Assembly (NCBI GenBank): GCA_051362555.1
Contig: CM120645.1
Location: forward strand, 2,666,001 to 2,730,000
Length of the DNA stretch: 64,000 nucleotides
Direction of reading: 5' to 3'
Source of the DNA: Lingula anatina
Taxonomy: Eukaryota > Animalia > Brachiopoda
The position numbers and the translations under genes were made by a program. Every line of letters starts with the position of its first letter. The first letter of the stretch is position 1. Shown one piece after another: positions 52,599-64,000 of the stretch. The notes under the pieces are model-generated. The model was not told the DNA's origin. It saw only the letters and a list, made by a program, of their open reading frames with translations, and did not search any database.

Positions 52599-55500
52599 TT
52601 TCATCAAAGAACGTCAGCGATCTTCTTTTCAAAAAATCTTAAATACAAATATATTGACTCATGCATGACTCCATATTAAGGGAGATTGGGGTTTTTAAAC
52701 CCCACTTTATTATATTTTGATGAGCTTGGTGTGATTATCCATTACGGACAAGTACATTAACCTACTGGAAAGTTTACTAGTACACAAAGTGGGTCTATGT
52801 GAAGGAAAAAGCAGCTCCAAAACCTGTCAATTCTGACAGGTTACGTGTACGTGGAAAGCCTTTTATGATATTTTTTAAATGTTTGTTTTTCTCTTTTGGG
52901 TTACCTAAAATTTTAAACGTTCAAGATTTAAAAGTCTTTTGAAAAACCTCGCATGTCATTTGAATACATAAGGACCGCACCAAATAAAATGCTCACATTT
53001 TGTGGAGGAATCTGAAAGAGTTACATCTTATTTGTCATAGTTGGGTAAATAATAGCGATATAAATCTCGGGGTCTGTTTTACTTATTTTTAATTTTTGAT
53101 TGAGATACTTGGACTAAAGAGTTCATAATTTCATCGATTTTTTGAAAGCCAACATGTGGTTATATTAAACGTAAGAAACTTATTATTGCTGTGCTGTAAA
53201 AAGCTCCTTACGAGTTTTTTCCTTTAATTCTTTTCTTTTTTTCGCTCTCTCTCTCTTTCCTTCTTTCCGGCCGTCCCGTTCCCCCTCTCCCTCTCAGACA
53301 CACACACTCACACACACACACACACTAACAAATAAAGATATAGAAAAGAAACGCGGCAAATAAACAAAAAAATGTAAATAAAAATCAATAAAAATAATGC
53401 CAACACAATGTACTGTAATAATACCTTTTTCTGACTCTACGATATTGATCCTATCTAAACTCTTCTTAGTTTTTTATCTTGCTGCAGAGTTATTTCTTCC
53501 TCACCGCCGGAGTTCTGCCGTTACATATGGCTACATGACCGCGATGGTTGTATTTATACCTAACGGGGTACTCGTACACGGGAGCCATACCCATCAATTT
53601 TAACTGTCATATACTGAAAAATAAACAGAAACACACATAAAAAATCATAATGAGGTTGTTTTTAACTCGACGCGCCACATTTCCTATTTTTGGCTCAAAA
53701 CCGGAAATTTGCGTTGGGAGTCCATTGTGACATGACCGCCTGAACAGGATCTAGGTTAGCATGACGTAGATGTCACTGTAGGCACTCGTCTACGCACGAG
53801 GTGTGTTGTGGTCTTTGGTAACGGGGCTTGTTTTTCATAGCCGAGCCCACTTTTAAACTCAGATTGTCCCCACTGTGTTATAATGCCCCGTTTCGTTTTA
53901 TTTAAAGTTGTTTTGAGACACACAAACGTCAGCACTTCGCACTCGGTGCTTTAAGCACTGCCATTACGAATTCGTCCAAGACATGTTAGAATGAAATTAC
54001 ATATATGTCGGATTTCAGCTTGGATTTTTATTGGGAAAATAGATAAGGAAAGAAGAAACTAAACCAGTGCTAATACCTCCGAATTATCTTTTCCAATAAA
54101 ATCTTTGATTAAAATCGTTTTCTTTTATGCCAAAGAATACTTCTTTCATCTTCAATATATCAAAATATTGCTACATTTAAATTCATTTAATCGTGGTATT
54201 TATTTATTTATTTATTTATTTATTTATTTGTGCACAATTTTAAATGAACATGTTTAGAACTGAAAGTTGTTATTAAAATCCCAAAGTGCGTGTATCTGTC
54301 CCTACTGGGTAGAGTGTACACGTGCACTAGTTACTGCTTTAGTCTGTAGGTCCTACAGATTACCACACATGAAATAAATTACTGGTTTAGATATTGTCCC
54401 AAGATTAAAACAAGGGATTTGCCAGAAAGAAAATTCAATCCTGCTATTTTTAGGGCACACCTCGTAAAATACTTGACCATGTGTTCATCCTACATTTACA
54501 TGTACCTGTAGGTCAGGATTTGAAACCGACCCGATTTCACTTGTACAAATTCACTTGTACAGTTTTATCATATTTTTCTTTGCATGCGTTTAAAGTTAAT
54601 TTGACTGATATCTCATTAAAACCGGTGCACCACGTTGAACTATACAGCCATTTAACCTGTCATCAATAATGCATTACTTTCGGTACATTCCCCATACTTT
54701 GATATATCTGAATCACGGCTCAGTCGCCTCATTACAATATTTCACGTCACGATTTTTCTTTAATAAGGTACGAAAATAAGCATGTCGCAACTTTGATTTA
54801 GGTGACTGATTTGCCGTAGAATGTTCTTGTAAAAAATAGGTCGAAATTTGGCCATAATTTGAAGATAATTGCTATTTACTCGAGCTCTCCTTTCCTGACA
54901 CGTGGGAGTTTTCAGTCAGCGAAAAGGCTGATCGCACCCTAGTATACAGAAATTTGCTGTTATTTTATTTTTAAGGTTTCACCAACGGCAAAACATATTT
55001 ATTTGTCCTAGGAAGGTTTTTGCGTTAGTCTTTGTATCCACTTCAATGTCTTATCAGCTATGGCAGCTGTTTATTGGATACATTTTCTCTTTAGGCTTGG
55101 TGATTGTTTTGTTAAAGTTTTATGTACATGAACCAAGGGAACCAGGGGCCCGTACACCGAGTCCCTTGCCTTATTATCAGGTAAGCATTTGCGGTTAAAA
55201 TAAGCCGTCCGTATCCATCCCTTTATTTTTTCATCACGAATCGCTATTCGCGTTCGTGCACAGATTAAATTTGAAACCTCGTCTCTCACCTCGGTGACCT
55301 GATACCACAAGTGTTGTACTCAAGATTAACTTTGTGGTGAAAGAGAAAAACTGGTTTTGGGGAACGCGAGATGTTTAAATTGACGGCTTTTTCATTCAAT
55401 TCAATCGCAGGGCGCGATAACCGGGCGTTAAAACGAAGAATGTCGAATGTGTCGACGGGGGCTAGCTGGTACCGTCATCTCTTTTCATGGACTTCATGAC

Positions 55501-58500
55501 AATGTATCTTTTTTAAAAATATTTTAGTTAAAAAAAAATACCCAAAAGCGTCGGTTTCAACAGAAGCGGCGAAGATTGTTAAACAAATTTGACGGTCGTC
55601 CGTTCATTGTCAACATTTGCTTGTCTCTATATCCCCTAATCCCAATCTTATTGTTTTTGCACCGACTCTATATCATTTTCAGTTTGCGTCGCAATTATAA
55701 CAATAAAATAGATGTTAAATCGAATGAAACAAAGGGACGAAATTATAATGATCATGTTTAAACAAAAGGGTCGCTAGTTTTTGTCAACCGGATCTTAATT
55801 TTACTGTTTATGCAACGATTCAAATTCAATTTTTAATCGACATTTACACGTATTATAGTCTTGGTTATTACGTATGATATACTGTAAAGGAATTAAGATA
55901 AAACTATTATCATAATTTTAGTTTGCTGATTCATGTTACAATTGCATTTTTGCACAGACGGTCGAACATTTCATATCTTTTTAGGGAGCTTTGTGTGTTA
56001 AAAGGGCTCTTCCCGCTCGGTGCATTTATTCAACACCTTGCAATTGCAACAGGAGGCAATTATGTTGTTAACTTGACAGTAAAAATCTTCCATGCTTTTG
56101 GCTACTGCCCACATGATTCCAATTATAGTTATTTCAGATATTTTTTCTAACCATTTGTATGTGTTTTTTTATTTCAGTCACGAAAAGCATTACGGTGCTT
56201 AAAAATGAATGACATTGCTGCGAGGCCCACACCGCTTTGTAATTGTAGAGAGAGAGAGAGAGAGAGAGAGACAAAGAGAGAGATTGTCTTGAGCAGAAGT
56301 CAACGTTAAAAAAGGTTTAATAGTCCTATTCTCGTCGCCTTCTTATAAATGTGTGAAAATTTCAATCTTTAGTCGTTGAAATCTTAACTATCGCCTGTAT
56401 GTTTTATTTCTTTTTTTGTCTGTGTGTGTGTTGAGAAATAAACTTTTTGTTTCCAAAGAAGTTTCACCATAGTTGTAGATGTTCAAGATTGTCTGTTAAT
56501 CTTTCTATTTTTTCATTTTGTCATGGTTTCGTGGTTTCACAACTCTAAAATTATACAGTAGTTATTTCAGATAAGATACAGTTATCATTTTTCGCCTTTT
56601 GTTCGTTCTTTTGTATTTTTCCAGACACGATATCATGCCAATGCGTCACAGTAGACACTATTGCTTCAAGGTATATATGTCTCCTTGACAAAGTTATGAG
56701 TGATGGGATATAGGTAGAAAAAAATAAATAAGAATATTGTGAAAAAATCAAAGTCAAAATAGTGAGTTTAGTTTTCATTTATTTATTTATTTAATCATTG
56801 AGATTTGTACATGTCCAGGATTGCATATTTTCGAGTCTTTCTCCGTGGTCAATTATAGTTAATCGCATTCCTCAGAAGATACAGTAATTCTTTCAAAATA
56901 TTTAGATGCTTTTGTAGTTTTGTCACTCAAAAAATTGACATAATTGCTGAAGGGCCCAGACCTCCTTGTCAATGTGATGAGAGAGGGTTTCAAAAAAGAA
57001 AAAAAAAAGATAGAAAGCAAAACGAGATTGTGAATAAATCAACGTCAAGAGAATCACCAGGCCTTTCCTGCCACTGTCAAATAATAATGTTTGAATCATT
57101 AAATGCCAGTTTTTGTGGGGAAATCACAGCTAAATTGTCTCTTAAATGTTGCCTTTATGTTTTTATTTATTTATTTATTTATTTATTTTTAGAAGTAAAT
57201 TTTGAGTAAATTAGTCTTACCAAATTTATATATTTTCAAGATTGTATTAACATATCTAGATTTCAAATATGTCCGTACCTTCGTGTTTTCAAGAACTTTG
57301 CATATATACCTACAGTACTGAAATTACATTGCTATCATGGCGTCGACATAAATGGCTTTTCTTCGCACGCCTTGAATAGCGTCCTGAAATACAAACCTCC
57401 AGCTTCAATTTGTGGTTGTTTACAGTATGGCGTATGTGTTTAAAGTTAATCTCTGATGGTCATGTTGTAATCCCTTTATCCCAGAGGGGTCATCCGTGTC
57501 CGGACTGCCGCCATCTTGACCACAGATGAGGAGTCGCAAGCACAGCAGCAAGACCAGTGACGACGTCATATTTTGCGGCTTATTTTGGCAAGCATATTAC
57601 TGACGTCAAGACTATATGCTGGTTATATGATAATTGGATAAAGTTACAGTGCAAGCAAGTTATGGCCTCAAACTGTACAGCACGGTAAATTTTAAGTTAT
57701 CCTATTGGGGATGTTCCCGCCAATTTTGATTTTCCTCGAAACAAGGCAACGTTCTGTTTCTGTTTATAAAAGCAACAAAACAAAACAAAACAAAATAAAT
57801 AAATAAAGAAGGATCGAGCTATTGTGTAGATCCAAATGATTCCGTGCTTTGGAAAGACAGGGAATCAAAAGTGTAATTGTAGGCCCTATTTATCTGTAGT
57901 CAACCTGGGACGGATTCTCGTCCAAAAGTCAACGCACCGGTAGTTCTTTATTCATACATGTGACGTCAAAAACTCCGGTCAGGTCACTGACCTACGCACT
58001 CCACTTTGCTGGACCATAATGATCTAAGTCATGCAATATATGACAATTTATGAAAAATATGTAATGTATCTTCTTGGTTAAAGCAGCTAAAGGAGATTAA
58101 GGCACTATATGCTGCATTTCATTTATGTTTTCATAACCAGATTAGTAACCATTACTAAAATGGGCGTAAGCTAACATTAAGTTTCCGTTAAAACCAGCCA
58201 TATCATGGAGGGGTGCGGGTTGATGAGTGCTACCTGTATTCTCGGGAAGTGTTTTATCTTATATTTATCTGCCTATCCCCGTTAACATTGAAGAATATAT
58301 ATTCATATAGATAGGGAAAACATTTACCGATTCACTTCCAGTTTCTGGTACTTTTCCGGATTCAGTCTAACACTACCAGGTGCGTGGTGCGGACATTTAA
58401 AGATTAAAAGTAAAATGGAAACCAATTTAAATCTGAAGGGCAGACCAAAATCAAATTTAAAGCAAAACTAAAAAAAGGATATAAATAGTGATTTTATTGT

Positions 58501-61469
58501 ATACTAATAAAATTATACCCGTCTTCGAAGATCGATCTGCACGAGCATTAAGTTTTTGTGATGCTTGAATAAGTATGTCAAAATTCTGAACTATGTTCAT
58601 ATCTTGAAATTGACCAGTAATGACATAACAGCAGCCATGAGTATCGACTGCTACCGACTGCAACGCCGCCCTGGTGGCAGAAATATAGTATAAATAACCA
58701 GAACCACGCCCGAGGAGTCCATTTGGGTCAGGTGCACTGAAGACCACACGGTGGGTTTTTAGATATTTTTTTTTTACTTTTCCCTTTCATAGCAAGCAAT
58801 GCTATTCGTCTCGATTGCTGCAAACCAACTTTTAGTGACCCTATTGCTTCTGCTTGGAAAGAAATTGAGATAACATATTTCAATAATTTTGAAAGGTTAC
58901 AAATTTTAAACAAAGCAATATCTGGAAAATATCATAAAATGAAAAAAAAAAAAGATGAATTAAGAAGGTGGAATTTTGAGGCAACTGCATTTACTAAATA
59001 TTTCTAAAACAAAGCGTTTTGTATTAAAGATTCAAGATTGAGGTTGCTTATCCCTTTTAGTAGCGGAAATGTAGGGCGTGGTCCTCGTGTGTGAACACAT
59101 TTTGCGAGCTTGGAAATAAGTTCTCAGCACAGCAGCAGTGTAATATCACTTGTCCTCTCCTAAGCACATGGTCAAATCCGATTTATTTCTTGAGAAGTCT
59201 TGTTGTCGCTAGTCGCCTTGTCTAAGCTGTTTGCAAACCTACTGTCTTACAGTGTATGACAGAATTTTAAATATACAGTGGCCGCTATCAAACTGCTTTA
59301 CTGGGTGTCTGGAATAACTAGGTACTTTTTTCATGTTTAAAAAGTTTCATCAGTTTTTGTGGATGATAGAAAAATTAGTCTTATCACAAACTGCAAAATT
59401 ACTCACATGAGAACTTTCGATACTTTTTAAATTCAACACACATTTATAAATATGTACATGTATATTAAAACACGATATTATTAACTGTGGAATGTACATT
59501 CAAAATGAAATAAATCGTAAATATTCAAGTAAATTAAATTCCTTGAACAATGTCAGCCTAACAGAGGCTTTCCATTTAACGGACAAAATCTGGAATCCTG
59601 GTGACTCCTCGCCTGGCGGATAGTTAGTGGTATTTATAGCATTCACGTCATTGAGTGTAGGTTTCGCATAAATTACAGGTTGTAAATTTGAACAACACGC
59701 AGTGCGTGTATCCGTAGTCAATTTTTCTTTTTTTCTATAGCGCGGGTGAGTGACGCCAACAAAAGGTACACGAACCCTTAGAAATCGTAGTATTTATGGT
59801 CAACGTAGCCTTCACCACATTACATAAATAGTAACAAGGCGTGTGACACATATACAACTGTATAATTTGTATACCTGTGAGGGCCATCTCCGCATTTTTC
59901 TGGATGTAAACAGGAGCTTATACATCCCGTAGCACCCTGAGTATGGCGCGATTCACTATGGCCCTTCCTGTATACGATACTGGTCATCATGATTGGTCAG
60001 TAGAATCCCCCAAGATCAAGAAATACCTGTAATATTGCATTTATTTATTTATTTATTTGTTTGTTTGTTATATACTGCATTGACACAATTGAAAACATTC
60101 CTAACACTTACCCAGTAAAACAAATACTTTCTGATATTTACATCCAGTATTATTTATGGCCATAACGTCTAAAACTTATTTAAAAAAAGACTTTGCCTAT
60201 ACACCAGTTCTAACATTCGTGACGTCAGACTAATAGCTGTGAAACAAACAGGGTGCCGGGCAAGGAGTGTTAATAATAGGCGACATATATGCTAAGAAAT
60301 AAAGGCCCTGATGGAGTGTTCAAATATGTGAGTATAATCACTAGATTTCAGTTTGTACAATGTATATCGATTATCAAGAATGAGAAAAAAATACTGTTCT
60401 AATTATTTATACTGTTTTCTGTTTAATCACATATATTGTCTTTTAAGTAACAAAATATGAGCAGATAGTTTTCAAAAACTATTTGCAAGAAGTTGAAAGT
60501 CTGAAAGTATGTCCATAATTTACATTACATAACACATAGAGGCACCCAGGTTTGCTTTTAAGGATAATAGATCAGTTGGTTAAAAGAAAATCTTCCTTTT
60601 CGTAATAAAGGTACTGCCACCCCCTATAATACCAGGCACTGTGTAATACGTCGGAGTGGTCATTATCTTCCACCAAAGACCATTCACTTGCATCGGTCCT
60701 GCTCCGTAGCAGTTACGACCATGTGTGTTGAAAAATACATGCGCCATGACGTGTCCGCAGCAGGTGGTCATGTTTAAATCAATCTTTGACCTAACCGAAA
60801 TGGCTGTTATTTGACCAATTTTTATTTATCTTATTTACAACAATAGTAAGACTGTTTCAGGAGCCACACGTACATTGTACTAAATGCGGTGCAGGGGCTG
60901 ACCGTTTAGAGCATCGTGTGAGCGGGACCTCCCTCGCCCACATACCCGTCAGCGTGACTTCCGTTTCTTAAAATAAGACATTATTTCTTCTCTAAATGTC
61001 TCTCTTTAAATACAGCGCAGGGAGGCAACTAGCCGGACCTACGACCAGGAAAAACAACAGACAGCAAAGTGTAACGGGAGGGCGAGGACGAAGAAACGAG
61101 TGGGTATCTAGAAAACGTGGGGTATGCCAATCACTATTTCTATTTAACAGATTTATTGTATATGGATGGATTAAAATTTTGCTGCGATTTGATTAAAATA
61201 ACGTACATGTTATATCGCTTATATCCATCTTACAGAAAGGATTACAAGTTTATAATCGGAAGATAATCTTTTCATATCTTTTGTACGAAATTCAGTAATT
61301 TCATGGAGTGAGTTCGAAAAGAAATGTTTAAATTTTCAAGTAATTCTAAGTAAGTTCTGCTGCATTTTTTTACTATTTTGCTTAATAATTTCGATGTGTC
61401 TATTAATTAATTAATTAATTAATTAACTTTTTTATTTACATCATTTCAGATTCGCAGGACTCCACGAAA

Positions 61470-63171
61470 ATGGCGCTCTTCGGCGATAAGGCCAAGAAAA
61501 GATGGTGGCTGTTGATGATCGTCTGCTTAACATCGCAGCAGTTCTACCCAGGTAATAAAAACGAGTTTAAGCATTACACACGTGACTAGTGATACACATT
61601 TACATGTTTTAAACATTACATTTATATCGTAAATCTTGATATGTAGAACTGGGTGTGAACATAGTGGTCAGCGATGATAAACCGAAACATGGCGTTCATG
61701 CGCTCTCATAAATCAAAACCCCTGCCTTTTACAGGAGAAAGGATCACATCATTTCTCTTTCAACTGAGCTTACACTTCTACACGTCTGTTGAAGTATTTT
61801 CATTTTTGTTTTCATGTCCTCTAGGCATTTTATGCAGTAACTGATGTTTAAGTTGTCTTTTTATGAAGTAGTTTTCCGGTACGTAAACGCAAACTACCTA
61901 CCATGTCAACGAGCACAGAAAGTAACAGGTCGCGAGTCAGTAATTTTCCGTAGGGACTGACAAAATGATTCTACCTTCCAGACTTAAATATATTGACCAA
62001 AGAATTTTCGCAAGCCTACATTTGCAGAAACGCCCCCTTTTTTCGTAACTGTAAGTGTACATGTCCAGGCAATTACGGTTTAGCGATTTTGCAGAAAGTT
62101 ACCTTTTTATTGTTTTGGCTTATTCCCACTGAAACTATCATTCTACGTAGATCGATCCAACTCCGCTAAATCTCTCGCTGAATGTAATTAGTTTGACAGG
62201 GCTCCGTAACTCGAAAGCATCGCGTTTCGCGAATAGCGATATCACATAGAGACTACAGTATTATTATTTATTATTAAAACCACCTTAAAAGTATATTGCA
62301 TGGGGCGAGTATAGGCGAGTTATGGAATCGAGACGCTTGCGTTCGGTCGCAATGCGCGATGCTTTCGAGTTACGGGGCCCAGATTAAATCGCTCGTTTTC
62401 CTTATGTTGCATTTTTTGCAGTTCCTATAAAGTGTGCTCTTACCAAACAACAAATTATGATCATGTGTATCATTTTGTATACAGAATGTGAACTACGGGT
62501 TTTTCCTACAAATAGATGTCCGAGGTAGAGAGAATGTTCGCTGTTCCTCTTTAATTAAAATTGTACAATATATTATTGAAATAAATATTGCGTTGTTATT
62601 TACAGTTATTTCCCATGCTAATCAGCTGGAGAGAAAAACTATAGAGAAAAAGGCAGTGCATTCTGAGGACAAAAGGGGTAAGGTCATTGCCGTTTAACAT
62701 TAAATCAGTTTTTATTTCATTCCCCGACCAAAAAGGATGGTTTCTTCAGCGTTGGTTTGTCTGTTTGCTAGTGGACACGATATCCCAAAATGCTCTTCGA
62801 GATGATAAAATTTTCGAGTTAACCCATTATTCCGATAATAATTTCAACTGCATCTGGGTCTCTTTATATGTTAAACAGTTTTTGCCTAATTCCTTGGCGG
62901 AGGTCTGCGCTCTCCGAGTGCTCAATAGATTTAACACATTGAAATCTGTCTCATCTTGTTTCGTACCTTTGTGATTTTCTTTGTAATGTCTGATAATTCG
63001 TTGTTATTGCTATTTTCTGATTGCATAAACTGGAACATTAAATAATTATTGGTAACAATAATAATGGTTAATTATTTGCAGAGGCAGAATCTGCCGACGA
63101 ACGCTTGGAAAAATCGGACACAGCAGTTGTCCTTCGTTCTGATACGAAAATTCTTCACAGGCAAAAAAGAG
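61470..63171 (+). CDS. Paralogue C, 5' part (exons 61470-61551, 62606-62677, 63082-63171); presumably continues past the window
   Basis: MALFGDKAKKRWWLLMIVCLTSQQFYP|VISHANQLERK...EDKR|EAESADER...SDTKILHRQKR, homologous to exons 1-3 of A and B, all phase 1. Confidence 0.82.
62200..62379. mobile_element. Harbinger-like MITE, ~30-bp TIR, CAG target duplication, in paralogue C intron 1
   Basis: cag|GGCTCCGTAACTCGAAAGCATCGCG ... CGCGATGCTTTCGAGTTACGGGGCC|cag. Confidence 0.8.
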
Positions 63172-63497
63172 GTAAATCCTTTTTTAACAGAATTTTTTAA
63201 TTATTACTTTCTTTAGTTCAGGAGCTTTTGGAAAGTTAAATACCTTCAATTAACACTGGGATCCAACATTGGACCTAGATTTGATTCATAAAAAAACTTC
63301 ATTAATCTTCACATTTACATACTTACATGTAAAATGATTTCATTGAACATAATGTAAAATTTGCGATAAAATGCTCAACTGTGATGGATGGAATACATTT
63401 TTCAAAAAAAGTCCAATCATGACAAATGAGTAAGTCACAGTTTGTTTTTATTGATTAAATAACAAACTTCTGTGTAATAGATTCAAGGATTTATTTG

Positions 63498-63787
63498 ACC
63501 TGTAGAATAAAGATTGAAGTAAATGTATGACCGCTCTGGTCAGGTACAAAAGAGAGAGTGAATCTTTGTTACAGTGAATAAAACAATTTAAACAAAATAA
63601 CTAATCAAATAACTAAACCCGTTTAATAATATAAAATAACTAAACAAATAACTAGACCCGTTTAATAATATAACTTAATAAAAATGTATCATGGTAATTG
63701 AATTTAAAAGAATACTTAGCTCACCTGTAGAATAAAGATTGAAGTAAATGTATGACCGCTCTGGTCAGGTACAAAAGAGAGAGTGAA
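63498..63787 (+). repeat. 65-bp direct repeat (63498-63562 and 63723-63787) with a nested ~28-bp duplication between the copies
   Basis: acctgtagaataaagattgaagtaaatgtatgaccgctctggtcaggtacaaaagagagagtgaa occurs twice. Confidence 0.9.
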
Positions 63788-64000
63788 AAAGGGCGCGGCA
63801 AGCGACTATGATCACGTGAAGACGATTCTCATCACGTGGGAGAAGTAACCAATCAACGCACGTCAAAGACGAAGAAAGAAAGAAAGAAGAAATAGATAAA
63901 TGAATAAGGTGAAAATACATGAAACGGGACTTCATACCATACACCGTCACAAGTATAATATTTCAGTATAAATTGTGTGCTTTCCAATATTTCAGTTCTC

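Overview
AT-rich animal genomic DNA with spliceosomal introns, microsatellites and MITEs; probably a lophotrochozoan invertebrate such as a mollusc (inferred, not proven). Genes in order: the 3' end of a single-pass membrane protein with (RHSP)9, three PY motifs and a PDZ-type end; a two-exon ankyrin/SOCS-box gene (-); an intronless class A GPCR (-); CFAP20DC/C3orf67 (+, about 17 exons, GC-AG first intron); an unknown 324-aa ORF (-); and CRELD (+). CRELD has two alternative last exons (two-TM versus KDEL) and a 20-copy 90-bp minisatellite that duplicates its exon 2 splice donor. The main candidate for an undescribed system is a cluster of three paralogues: A and B complete on -, C partial on +. 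A and B encode about 880-aa secreted prepro-proteins with a signal peptide, two dibasic-ended propeptide exons and a furin site. These are followed by a melittin/fusion-peptide-like amphipathic N-terminus, long helical stretches, two hydrophobic segments and a C-terminal GRK amidation signal. I interpret them as possible protease-activated membrane-active proteins (toxin or fusogen). Several non-autonomous DNA transposon families (TTAA, 5-bp, TAA and CAG target duplications) are also present. Exon coordinates were read by hand and need RNA-seq confirmation.
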